Shown here: positions 15,239 through 28,797 of the stretch, one piece after another
Layout: each line of letters begins with the position of its first letter
How positions within the stretch are numbered: position 1 is the stretch's first letter
From: Chrysomallon squamiferum
Lineage: Eukaryota > Animalia > Mollusca
Assembly: GCA_012295275.1 (NCBI GenBank)
Contig: CM022666.1
Coordinates: 3,410,001 to 3,474,000, forward strand
Reading direction: 5' to 3'
DNA: 64,000 bases
Made by a program: the position numbers and the translations under genes
The notes under the pieces: model-generated
Seen by the model: only the letters and a program-made list of their open reading frames with translations
Told to the model about the DNA's origin: nothing
Database searches by the model: none

Positions 15239-15754
15239 ATGTTCTAGATTTAACTAATCCATTCTGTCCTATCATCTCGTTCCATCGAGCTGCTCGATGT
15301 GCCAGTATTCGAAGATACGACGTCATAAACTCTTCGTATGTCTTGAAATCTGTGTTTTCCGAGTGCTCAAATCCATAGCAATCAATTTTGCTGGAAAAAA
15401 ATATACATATGACACACACTACACATCAACTCAGACATTGAGTAACATTTTGTGAGTAAATATTTGTATTAGTTAAAATTTTACTTTTTGGTAAAATTCC
15501 CATCTATGTTATTTTGTGTGATTCTAAAAAATGTATATTGTTAAATAATAAAACTGTGAGCAACTATAAAAATATCTGTTATTTGGTTAAGGTGTGACAT
15601 GAATTTTGGAATTTTCATCATTTAGATAAATAAAACTGCTAGAGATAACGTACATTAATTGCTAATATTTAACAATTATCTATTTATATATAAATTTCAG
15701 TTTATACTTGCTTAGAACATATTATTAATGTTTCTTTTAATTTTTTTTTATTAA

Positions 15755-15789
<35 letters not shown>

Positions 15790-16205
15790 AGCAATAAGGT
15801 AACTGCATCGATTGATCTACAAAAAATATAATAAAATGTTAATTGCTTTTGCATATATGTCATTATAATAATTATGATATTGATTCCTAATTCATTTTCG
15901 TTTTCTCTTTGGATTTCTCCGTTTTCACATTTTCCAGCAACATTCGAAAACAGGATATTATATTTTGTGATTTTTTATTTCATGGCTCACTATTACTCGA
16001 TACAAGAATAAAAAATAAAAATAAAAACTGTCTCAAGTGCCACTAACCGGCTTTCGTAAATATTAATTGAGAAGTCGGAAACTCATTAGGCATGAAAACA
16101 TGTCATTTAAGACTAATTTTATTAATTTCAAGAGAGCCAGTTTGGCAGTACTGCACGATTACCAAAAAATAAATACTACCTGTTAACAAATTCTTTCGAC
16201 TCCAT
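15239..16205 (-). pseudogene. GRTP1: Partial duplicate of GRTP1 (coding exons 1-2 only); truncated copy or alternative 5' end
   Basis: Exon 1' is 16180-16205 and exon 2' is 15239-15390, both with intact ATG/GT/AG. The peptide is identical to copy 1, with two synonymous TCA/TCG differences in exon 2. No exon 3 lies within this unit. Confidence 0.75.
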
Positions 16206-16485
16206 ATTTAATTTTGATACGTGTGATACTTTAATAGGCTGGATCGCATTTTTACATGATATTTCTGTGAACAATCCAGGCCTTTCGCAACTTCGACAAG
16301 GGAAATAACAACAAAACATGTTTAGGAAAGCATTTTGTACAATGAGTATGACGCCTCGCACCAGAAATCCCACAACCCACATTATTTTATCGTTTTTGTT
16401 TATTCACATAATTGCACACAGAATTATAATTATATAGTTTATTAATTAATTTATTTAGTTATTTACTTATTGCTGTTGTTGTTGA

Positions 16486-16542
<57 letters not shown>

Positions 16543-16897
16543 CGATGTTGTTCTTGATACTGTAATTGTTGTTTGTTTATGGGGATTGAAGATTTAAGGT
16601 AAAAAAAATGTATGATTAAATGTAAAAAAAAAAAAAAAAAAAAATAACAACTAAACTTCATAAAATTCGAAACTATTTAATCGCAGTTTTGATTCGATCT
16701 ACTTTATTTTTTTTACTTTTTATTTATTTTTTTATTTATTTTTTATTATTATTTTGTTCTATTCTTCCTGCACGCCCTTGTATATTACGTTAGTTCGAAG
16801 CCACTTCCTGTCCTTAAAAATCACTGAAATAAAAATAAAAGGTATTTTATTTTGTATTCTATTTTATCTTATTTCAGTTTGTTGTTTTTGTTGTTGT

Positions 16898-16928
<31 letters not shown>

Positions 16929-17466
16929 TTCTTTTTCTTTCTTTCAAAATGATTTTATTACCTATTAATTATAAGTATCGAGCATAAATTACGTAACAGT
17001 TATCAAAGAGGAAATCTGCTGCTCTTGAATTGTTGTTTTCACAGGTTTTATCCGAACTATCCCAGTTTGCACCGAGTCACGTCCCTTGTTTTTTCTTGCG
17101 CATTGTGGTTAAAAATAGATTGTTTGAACAGCCTCACAGAATATGAATACCATCTTACATTCATACTCACACACACATATACACGCATGTATACATACAT
17201 ACATACATTAATTGCTTATGTTTAGAATTGTTTTCGGATATAACTGTTCACGATTTTCAGTTTATGAACCCTTTAATGCCTTTCTTCTTGTTTATTATTA
17301 CAGCAATAAATTAACTTCTTCATAATATCTGCCCAAAATACACCATTAACTGCTGCTGTACAGTCTTTTGATCTCAGTTATAACCGTCATTATTTCACCA
17401 TTAAAATTATATAGCTGCTTTAATTAAAACTGCGTGCACTAAATGATCACATATATTTTGGTATTA

Positions 17467-17528
<62 letters not shown>

Positions 17529-18016
17529 GTTGTTGTTGTTGTTGTTGTCTTTATTATTATTATTGCTTTTATTGTTATTATTATTACTTTTGTTGTTACT
17601 GTTATTATTACTATCATTATTGTTGTTGTTTTTGTTGTAGCTAATATTGTTATTATTATTACTATTATTATTATTATTATCATCATCATTGTTATTGTTG
17701 TTGTTGTTATATCATACATCAACTCCATCTCACTCATTTCTTGCCAACTTATGTTTTATTCTTAATAATAAATTAATTTCATCTTGAAAGTTATACATGT
17801 ATTTTCGACAGTGATGACAACCCTCTTCTATTTTGAAATCCTGAATCGAAACCTGAATGCATCATCTTTAGTTAGAGTCATCTTTTCATATTACTAACAT
17901 TAAGTGACGATTTTTATATACATTTACAAGTGTTTGTTTTATTTGAAACATAAAACAAACCTTTGTTAACAATAAAGACGGTCAAAATTACGGTATTCCC
18001 AAATGTATGGAGGAAA

Positions 18017-18050
<34 letters not shown>

Positions 18051-19211
18051 TGTTATTAATTTTTTTTTTTTATTAAATTTTAAAAACATTTTGTTTGATT
18101 CTTTCATGAATTTATGACGTAATGTCGTATGCAGAAATATAGGCAATTAAAGTGTTAGTAAATTAAAATATATACATACACATCAAGTGAGTTTCCCATT
18201 CCACCAGGTACTCCAGACTGCAGTATTGCACGTTTCAATGCACTTTCCTATCAACAGCAGAAGATAAATATAAAATATCCCTTCGTGCTATATATAGCTG
18301 CCCAAAAATTAGCGACATTCGAGTTTCTGTCCCGCACATATCATTGTTATACGAAAACTATATTAATTATAATTATTAATAAGATCCATTAACTAAATAG
18401 CCATTTTGCTGATTAAATTTTAAATACACTGATTCCAGGACTCGACCTTAACTGAAAGAACAGTAAAAGCGCACATAATAAAGTAACACAGTTTTGCTAT
18501 TTTGCATAAGCTCAGTTCAAGATGGCTGAACAATGGATAGATAGTGTATCATGTAGAGGAAATATTTAAGCGATTTATCATCAGCAATTGTTTATGGTGA
18601 CCTTTTTTTTTTTCTTTTTCCCCCCCCCGTCTATGGAACTGGGTTACTTGTTTTATTTATATTATCTGCTTAAATGAATGTATAAATATTATTGCAACAA
18701 AGTGATGTCAAATTGTTATACGTTTTTTGTCTTGGTCTACATACTTATATATATATATATATATATTTTGTATGTAAATCTACGTGTGTGTGTGTGTGTT
18801 TGTAGTTATGCATGCTGTACGTGCATAATGTATGTGTGTGCAAGAATGTTTGTATGTGTGTATGTGTGTACGTACGCTGAATTTCACCGTCTCCAAAATA
18901 AAGCATTGTAACAATGATAAACACATATATAAACAAAACAACACAATGTAAAACGATATTTTAATAATGCCGCTTTAATTTTAATACATTAAGACATATT
19001 ATACAGATGCGCCAATACTTTGTTTATATAAATAATATACTTTAAAGTAAATATAATCCGATCACATTTTTTTCCCAGTTAACAATAGAAATGCTCCTTT
19101 CTTTTTCTTTTAAGCTTTTTCAGAGTACGTATGAAAAGCTGATATAAAACCGAGGCACACCAGAATATTCAGTTAATAAACACTGTAAGTAAAAAGCGTT
19201 TATATATCTCT

Positions 19212-19350
<139 letters not shown>

Positions 19351-20541
19351 GTACAAAGTTTTAAAATTAATTGTAAAATTCGTTTTCTTTTCGCAAACAA
19401 ACAAGAAAACAAAAGCAAAGGACAAAAGGAGAAACATACAGCCACACTTTTTCATAAAATATAACATTTGATTAAACATACTGTAGTATTTAAAACAAAC
19501 ATTCAAATTAAACAAATATAACAAAAATGTTCAGCTGATTGTAACAGAAATATTGAGTATAGCAAACCACCTTTAAAAACTGTTCACCTTTCATAAAGGT
19601 GTACGTTTTGTTAATCCGATACCTGGACACGGACAAAACGTGTAAAATAACGTGTAAAATTAACATATTTATTACAGTTAAGAAGAAACAAGTGGTGATG
19701 TCCACATAACGTCCGAAAGTATTAACATGGCGTTGTTATGGGCAACCAACCTTTACCGCCCTTCTAACTGGTCTTTTCTAAAACAAAAAACAGACTAGAT
19801 AAAAAGCGATTATTCAAATCACCATGACTATTTATTATGTTTAGACTACTTGAGAAAAGTTTAAAAAAAAAGAAAAAAGTTTATAAATGTAGTTCGTTTA
19901 AATGTAATAATGATGGTGCTAAAACCTGAGGTATTTTTCTCTACCGCCAAATGAATGTTATATTGCTGCTAAATGTGATTATGTTATTTGTTACGTAACT
20001 GTTTCATTTGTTCTATACATTATTGGAATTCTGCTTGTTAAAAACGGTATGACAATAATGCAGTTAGATCGTGTAGAATTATTTGTTTTCCCCGTGTATA
20101 TGTGATATTGCGTCTTACAGATAAAAAAATAAAACAATAATAAAAATGTATAGTAAATTGTCGAAGATACACTTAAAATGATTAACCTACACGATATGCG
20201 TAAATAATAATAACAATAACAATAATAATAATTTTTCTGAAGGAACATCGACGAAACCAGTTCGTCAGAAATAATTAACAAATAGGCGCACAAAAAATAT
20301 TGCTTATATATATATATAGTATTTTACAGAGAAAAATACTGTTGTTTGATTATTTATAATTAACTGCTAAAAATGCACTAACTTGTTTTCAGTGGCAAGT
20401 GACAAGTAAGTGAGAAAAGCTTAAGTGACCAATCATATTTCATAGACAAAATGTATAGTAACTATAGTAACAACTACTGACCAATAACCTTTCATTTAAT
20501 TTTCATAAGAGTACTAACTGATCAATGAATTTCTTACACTG

Positions 20542-20781
20542 TTACGTCACGTTTTGTTATTCTCCTCAAACCTGAAACATGTTATTACGTCATATATTAA
20601 TAGTCCCTTTAAACGTGTCATCATTACGTCATATCCCTATTCTCTTTCATCGCGATGTTATTACGTCATACCACTATATTCATATTCTACGTAAACGTGA
20701 TGTCATTACGTCATATTAATATATTCATATTCCCTGTATCTCTGTATTCATATTTTTCATAAATGTGTTATTATTACGTCA
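20542..20781. repeat. Second copy of the TTACGTCA array, in duplication unit 2
   Basis: Matches 13382-13621 at an offset of 7160. Confidence 0.8.
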
Positions 20782-22609
20782 TACCGTATTATGATGTAAT
20801 ACGCTTACAGGTATCTTTCTATGAGCTGTTAACACAATGAAACTTATTAGTATTTTCTGATGCAATGTCAGCAGTGCAGAATAACTCTTGACATATTATC
20901 AAATTATTTCATCATGTTATAATAGTAGTCGTAGTAATAGTAGTAGTAATGATGATGATAATGATGACGATGATAATAACAGTAAACAGTTCAACATATT
21001 CAACATATATATTCAACATTTTGGCTGAAATTTCAACAGATTATGAAATTATTATATAGCAAATAACGGCAGTAATAACAATAATACATCATATAGATAC
21101 ATACACACACCCACACCCACACATACACATATATACACACGCATGCATACATACATACATACAATATTCATATATTAAAAAAATCCAACACTTTTAACTG
21201 CAACACACACACACACAAAAAATAATAATAATAAATTTTTTTAAAAAAGATGACCGTGAAAAGAAAAAGAAAGATGAATTCTTTCAAGTCCAGTTGTCTG
21301 ACTTTTAACAACGAACATCACAACATTATACACGTCCATGCGTGTATGCGTACGTTATGTATGTATGTATGTATGTGTGCGTGAATGCATGTCTACGTGT
21401 TAATATCACACGGGTAGGGGGGCTGGAACAAATAAAAGGGGCGTGTAGTACAGATGCCTGCCTGTCGTTTCCCCCATCCCTTTTTTTCCATATTTTCAGT
21501 AAGAGTGATTTTGTACTCATCCGCATTGTCCAAAGTCACACATTTCTCGACAATCAGAGCATATTAGAGTGCAGGAGTTCTACCTATGTTAATGAAGAAG
21601 AAAAGATAAATAAAAATATTTCTCTTTCCGATAAACTATTAACAGAAAACGTGCCTTTTGATAAATAAATAAATAAATAAATACAGTATCATCTCTAGAC
21701 AGATAATAGTCAAGTATTCATTTCTTATGTGTTCAAATATTTTACATACATGTATATATGTATATATATATAGATAGATATATACACACCAGTATATCAG
21801 TAAAGTAGATCATTGTGCGTTTCTTTTTTCGGGAAGTATAGATTTATAAAATGTTAGATATGTATCAAATGTCTAATGTGATAAATATTAAATGTAAAAT
21901 ATTGTAAACTGTATAAATAGGTTATGTTAATACACATTTATTTTATGAATAATAATAATAATAACAATAATAATAATAATAATAATAAATAAATAAATAA
22001 ACAAACAAATAAACAAACAACATTAAAAACAACAACAACAACAACAACTTAATTAATTAATAAAATTAACAAAAAAATAATACCATTTATAGCATTATTG
22101 CGTAGAGAAACATTTTAAAGGCACATAATTATAGATTATAATAATTTCAGAAAGGATGGAAATGGGTTTTGGAAATTAGTTGGAGGACATATTAATTATC
22201 ACCCGAATACTACAGCCATAACAAACAAACAAACAAGTTAATTTCAATTCTAAAAAAACAACAACAACTATACAACGATAAGAAATAAATCTGTCTGTTA
22301 GAACAAAAAAAAAAAAAACGTATATTAAAAAAAAAAAAAAAAAACTTTGTAAATCGAAATTTACGACATATATTCGTCAGCTTCTTCTCCTATCCCCATC
22401 TCCATCACATATGTCAATATCAAAAAACATAAATATAAATAAAAAAACAAAAAAAAAAAAAAAAAATAATAATAATAATTAAAAAAAAATAATAATAAAA
22501 ATAAAATAAAATAATAATAATAATAATAAATTAAAAAAAAAAAATAATAATAATAATAACAAAAAAACCCAATAAACTAATAATTATGTCTTCATCTTCG
22601 CTGTCACTT

Positions 22610-24052
22610 CTAAGCCGATAACGTTCGTTTTCTCTTGTCCGGGATAGCGATTTCAAAATCGAAATTACCGCTTTGATTCGTCGATTTCCGTTTTTTCCGA
22701 TAACAGTCGACCAATGGGATGAAGAAGAGCATGACACCGCTTATGGCAACCATCGCCCCCATTGCATGGAATGATATGTCGTAACTTCCAGTCCAGTCAT
22801 ACATCCAGCCTGTATCAAAGAAAGAAACAAAATGGTTGAAGATGATAGGATTTATTTTATTTCGTTGATTTGTAATATCGTTCATTGTCGGAAATTGATC
22901 TCAGTGTTGCTTGGTAACCAAGAGTTAAGAGTAAGTATTATTGATTTATATAGATGATCCCTTATCCGAAATTCCGAAATCCGAAACTGTTTCCAAACAG
23001 CGCAGAAATAGTGATATTTTACTGTTTTGCATACACAAACTGAATAGAGTTTGTAAATTAAAAGTAAACTTGAATATATCGTAAAATATGTTTAAATCGT
23101 ACCAGCTAATGGAGGTCCAATAAAAGTCGCCCCTCCCTGAAACAGCAACACAAGTCCAAACGAGTTAGTCAGGTGATCTAGTCCTAACAAGTCAACCAGA
23201 ACGACCGACGTCAACGACACATACACACCTGTAATAATAATAATAATAATAATAAAATAATAATAATAATAAAATAAAATAATAGCAAGAACATTAATAA
23301 TGATAACAACAATAATAATAACAAACAAGAACAAAAACATCAATAATAACATAGATAATAATTTTAAAAAACCGATAACAAATAATAACAAACAAGAAGA
23401 ACAGCAAAAACAAATCCTAATAATAATAATAATAACAAAAACAGTAATAACAAAAACACCAATAATAATTATAAAAACAAATACTATTAATAATAATAAT
23501 TATAATATGAATAATATAAATGTTAAATAATCACAATAACAACAATAACTACAATAGTAATAATAAAATATAACAAAGTTAACAGCAAAAACAACCGTAT
23601 CATAATAACATGATATTATTAACAAAGAAAAAAAGAGATTTGAGCTTTACGAAAATTTTTCCTTCGTGCCTCAACTGAAACACATATCAAATACCGATCA
23701 TTACGACAAAGCACCAACGATAGCGTTATCGGTAACCTTCTGGAAGTTTCTCTGTGAACTGATGACCTTTTGAATTATCTCTGTGCTTCTTGTAATAATT
23801 GGTCACTGTGTCTCGCCCGTTGTAACAAATGCTACTTACCAATGAAGATTCCAAAAAGGGCAGCGTATCCCACCAGAAGAGGATACACCCCACCACAGAA
23901 CGGACTAAACGCCGTACACAGCCCGCAGATAGTGAGTGAGCAGCTGTACAGCATTAACCGGTTAACTCCGTTCCTTTAGAGAAAAAAACAAAACAGAAAT
24001 GTGACAATGAATAAATGAATAAAAGAGAGAGGGATTGAGGGAGGGAGGGAGG

Positions 24053-24151
<99 letters not shown>

Positions 24152-26228
24152 GACAGACAGACAGACAGACAGAGAGTGCGGGGCGAAAAGAGAAAGAGTT
24201 ATTAAGAAAATTAGACGGAGAGAGGGAAAGAAATAGATAAACACAGTCAGAGAAAAAGAGGCAGGAACAGGGAAAAACGAATAGAGAAAGAAGAAGAGGA
24301 AGCGAGAGAGAGTGGGAGAAAAAGAGATGAAGAGAGAACGAACGAGAGTGCAAAATAAGAACTGAGATTAAAGGCGACGCTTATTTTTTTTTTTTTTGGC
24401 AGTGGTCATCATCATTATCACCATCACCATCTCCACGATTAAATAAAATCTCACCTATCAGACAACCAGCCGAAAATGACTCGGCCAAAAGTGTTGGCTA
24501 TGCCGATCACAGACAGCAGGAAGGCAGCGTCGCTTTTGTCCACGCCCGCCTCGATGGCGCGGTCGGGCAGGTAGATGAAAGGCATGTTGAAGCCGATGCT
24601 GGTGAGGAAGTTTGAGATTACGAACATGAGGAAGACGCCGTCCTTGAGCAAGGAGAACTGCACCATCTGGCTGAAGGTGTCGCGGAACTCGCGGGACGGT
24701 TTGAGGCACGGGCACGTCTTCCACTGGGCGCTGTTCTCCGAGGACGCGTCGGGAATGGAGGTGATGCTGGCGATGTAGATGTCGGGGTGGGAGCGGTACA
24801 TGGGGATGTTCTGCAGGCTGGCGCGGTAGAAGATGTCCTTTCGGTACATGGCGCCCGTTTCGGACGACAGTCGCCGGCTGGCGTGGCTCGGAAGCAAGAG
24901 GCGCGGTCGAGGGGCGGTGCTCTTCACGTGGTGCAACGCCCCGTCGCTGCACGCCAGGCTGGCGGGGGACAGGTCGAGTTCTTGGACGTTTGCCGCGTGG
25001 TTCGGCGATTTGTCTTCGTGTTCGAGAAGGTTCGGCTTCAGTTCTCTGTTGCTGGCGCACATCCTGGCGATCTCCGTCGTCCCCACGGGCTCCGAAAACA
25101 ACTCCAGCGATCGGATGAGGTTGATACCGTTGACGACGCCGTTGATTTGAACGTCGCGCGGCAGCAGCACTTCTTGCTCTTCTTTCAGCTGCATGTCTTC
25201 CCTCCTTTCGAACGTCCCTTTCCCGTTGCTCAGTGGCATGAGCTCGGAGTTGTTTTGGGCTCGTTCGCCGTCTTTCGACGAGCTCTCCCGCTCCGCTTTG
25301 AAAGACGTTAAAGGCCTGAACAGCGCACCGCATACCACAATGTTCAGAATGATGGCGGCCTGAATCAGAACCGTCCCCTTCCACCCGTACTCGTCAAGCA
25401 GCCATTTGGTTAATGGCGCGAAAATGAACGTGCCGAATCCCGACCCGCAAACGGCGAGGCCCGTTGCAAAAGACCTCCGTTTCTCGAAGTAGTTAGCCAC
25501 AGATACGATGGCTGGAAGATAAATCAGTCCGAACCCAAATCCTGGAAAAACGAAGACAATTCTTTATCAGAATCATTGCTCTTAACAATAAACTGAAAAA
25601 ACATTTTCAAAGATGGTTATCTTCGTTTAATGAACATAGTGCAAGCAAATCACGTAACGTAAAACTACATACAGAATTGCGTGTTCTACTTCTTAGTTTT
25701 AATAAAAAATTTTTTTGTTCTTTTTTGTCATTATCTACCCATACAGCCTTTTCCAGAGTATATTACAGATCTAAAACTCACACTAGTGTATTGTATACAA
25801 ATGGAATCGGTTTGACATAATTATATTTTCACACTATCAATAACTGTTAGCTTTTTTTGTGTGCTTTTTTTTTTTTTTTTTTTAATATTTTATTTTATTT
25901 TATTTTTTTTTTTTTTATTTTATTTTATTTTAGATATTCAACAAACAAGAAAATCTATGTGATATTTAAATTTTTCAGATATGATGTAGCAAAGTCCTAT
26001 GATATTCTCACACATTTACACACAGCGAGTTAAGTTACTTTTTTCACCCACCTGGCTGTACTTACTTTATGCACAGGCACTTATTGTTAAGACGTTAAAA
26101 CAAGTTAAATACTTTAGAGAAAGCAAATGCTATACAAAATCAAAAAAAAAAAAAATACATTATAGTTTTGGTAAAACAACTATTGAAAGATAATAATAAT
26201 AATAATAATAGTAGTAGTAGTAGTAGCA

Positions 26229-26312
<84 letters not shown>

Positions 26313-26785
26313 CAAGTTCCATACATAAACAAATTAAGTTATCAACAACATATCCGAATGAAATTATTAATAATTTTAAATTAAACAGTTCGTAAAAGAA
26401 CAAAAATGGCGGAAATCGTAAAAAGATTACGATCTGGCGTCAGTGGTTTGTTGCTCAGATATTAACAGAGCAAGCGAGACAGGCATATTTCTCCGACGGA
26501 AATACACGAAGAAATAAACAAATATTTATTACCAAGTTTCAAAAATAGAGTTGGTTATACGTACATTATTTTCCAAAAACACAACATATCTTTAGCTGAA
26601 ATTACATGCAAATTTATTTATATTTATATATTTTATATATTTTTTTTTTTTTACACGAATTAAAGGGAACCTATCGCTAATTTTAGAACCATAATTACGT
26701 CTGTGTTATGTTTTAGATATAATACGTCTGCGGGATTTTTAGACTTAAAAATATATTAGGCATGTAAATGAAATGAAAACGAAAA

Positions 26786-26833
<48 letters not shown>

Positions 26834-27585
26834 TCATTTCAATAAAATAATTATAGGAACCCTGCAATTAAGAAAATTAGACGCAAAAATGATTAAAATT
26901 AAAATTCAAAAAGACTTCTTTTTTTTTTTTTTAAATTCAAACATTTGTTGAAATATAACATAAAAAACGTTTTCCAGAACAGTTTTAACTTTCTTTAACT
27001 TCATTCCAAATCGGAATTGTAAAACAAATATTGGAAAACACTTAAATATATCCATCCCATAACAGTTAAACAGTCATGGAGAATTTAAAATTATAGCGAC
27101 AACAACGACGACGACATTAGCTCGACTTCCCCACTTAATTGCAGGGATTGACATACATATACAGATAAACGAAAGCATGAACATGTGTCTGCTATTGAAC
27201 GAGCGATTCCCTTTAACAAATTTTTTAACACTGGTTGTCCGTTGGACGTTATACTGAATCAGAAATAGGGACCTGCCATTATTCCAAAGGTGATATACAG
27301 GTAGTATATGTTAGGTGCAAACAGACTGAGAATAAAGCCAACTCCAGCGACCACCGAACCCACAATGCTAATGACCCGACAGCCGTAACGATTCGTCAAT
27401 GCACTGGCAATAGGACCTGAAAAATAAGAAAAAAGATTGGCATTATTAAAAATGACTATGTATCTCCGTCATGTCGTTTATATATATAAATCAGATACAC
27501 ATATACTTACAAACAAAATCATATAGACATACATATACAAACAATACACAAATAGACCCGAACAACGCATAGACATGCACATACA

Positions 27586-27616
<31 letters not shown>

Positions 27617-28065
27617 TATACACAGTCATATATATACATACATATAAAATGAAAAAACACATACACTAAAAAGTCAAAGAATTTTTTTTTTTTTTAACAG
27701 TCATTTATTTATAACATGGAAAACGTATATAAAAAGTATACACACACAGACATACAGACAGACATACAGAGAGACAGACAGACAGACGGACACTCACCAA
27801 CTGTGTAAGTTACTGCCGGTACTAAAGACCCCACCCAGGCCGTCTCGCCTTTCCCGCCTCCGAAATAATCCAGAAACTCGACGAAGAAGACGCCGAACGA
27901 GTAGACGATGCCGTCAGCGATGACGTGAATGACGAACGACGACAACACTATCATCCAGCCCCACCCACCATCAGGCGGGGTGGGGATGTGTCTTCTGTGC
28001 TGAGGCGCCATCTGCGTTTTTCTCTTTAGTTCTGGCACGCTCTCTTTGTGTTGTCCTTTACCCAT
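22610..28065 (-). CDS. Monocarboxylate transporter family protein (SLC16/MFS, MCT12/14-like), about 652 aa from MGKG, 6 core coding exons
   Basis: Exons 27798-28065 (acceptor boundary at 28078), 27273-27416, 24455-25541, 23840-23973, 23103-23228, 22610-22809. Total 1959 nt, phases consistent. SLC16 signatures present: [72 protein letters not shown]. Confidence 0.92.
22950..23000 (+). mobile_element. Possible pogo/Tigger-like terminal repeat fragment in the last SLC16 intron
   Basis: ATCCCTTATCCGAAATTCCGAAATCCGAAA resembles Tigger-family subterminal TCCGAAA repeats as recalled. No partner TIR was found. Confidence 0.3.
24037..24175. repeat. (GAGG)n/(AG)n/(ACAG)n compound microsatellite
   Basis: Read directly; lies in an SLC16 intron. 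Confidence 0.9.
26190..26309. repeat. (AAT)n/(AGT)n microsatellite
   Basis: Read directly. Confidence 0.9.
26664..27212. mobile_element. Possible non-autonomous Kolobok-like DNA transposon
   Basis: TTAA|AGGGAACCTATCGCT ... AGCGATTCCCT|TTAA gives TTAA flanks and short imperfect TIRs beginning AGGG. Confidence 0.35.
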
Positions 28066-28091
28066 TTGGTTATTAAAACTACAACATATAA

Positions 28092-28130
<39 letters not shown>

Positions 28131-28220
28131 TTATATATATATACATCTATCAACAATATGCTGTTTATTCACGAAGAACAAAAAATCCTTTCAACTGAAC
28201 TGAAAGTCGATTTAGCTTAC

Positions 28221-28228
28221 GGCGCCAT
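28221..28228 (-). CDS. Candidate alternative first coding micro-segment of SLC16 (ATG GCG CC|gtaagc, giving [11 protein letters not shown])
   Basis: Good start context (aatATGG), a strong donor, and phase 2 matching the acceptor at 28078. Confidence 0.45.
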
Positions 28229-28578
28229 ATTGGCGTCAACAATATAATTATCAGTATTTCATTTGACTTTTGTGGGTCTTTTTTTCTTGCACACACACAT
28301 AAAAAAAATATATATATATATATATTTCAATACCGTTCAGTTTTGTCCAAATTTTTTTATTTTTTATTTTTTTTATTTTTATTATAATTATTTTAAAAAT
28401 AATATATTACATTTCTATATATATATATATAAAACAACATTAATAATATACTATTACAATATTCCACTTTATCTGGCCTAAATTTTACGGAGATTTCTAT
28501 ATATAACAACAGTACATTAACAAAATCCACTTTATCCACAATATATTCCAACGTTTATCTGGCCTAAATGCAACTCAC

Positions 28579-28797
28579 AGACGCATTTATACGGTTTGGT
28601 GTGACCTATTTAAAGGATGTCTTGATAAGACGAAGTTTTATTTTCCGTCGGAAGATTTAAAGTCGCTAAATTACCTCTTAATGTCTTCCGAAGCTTGTAT
28701 CAACCGTCAAGTACCGGTGTAAGTTCGTCGAGTTTCTCCTCGCTAAAGTACTCTTGTAAACAGACGTTTCCGTGACTCATTATGGTGGTGGTAACAT
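28579..28797 (-). other. Candidate 219-nt upstream exon of SLC16: mostly 5'UTR with uORFs, ending ATG CGT CT|gtgagt
   Basis: Pyrimidine-rich tract plus CAG acceptor at 28798-28800, GTGAGT donor, phase 2 in frame with the next exon ([11 protein letters not shown]). Confidence 0.5.

Noticed and set aside
22531-22737. Overlapping ORF ending RSDSEDED as an alternative SLC16 C-terminus
   Set aside because: Out of frame with the spliced SLC16 exon and it runs into an AT microsatellite. There is no frameshift evidence.
24458-25384. 308-aa alternative-frame ORF and antisense ORFs inside the large SLC16 exon
   Set aside because: Explained by high GC and few stop codons. The product is Arg/Pro-rich with no recognisable domain, and the SLC16 frame accounts for the region.
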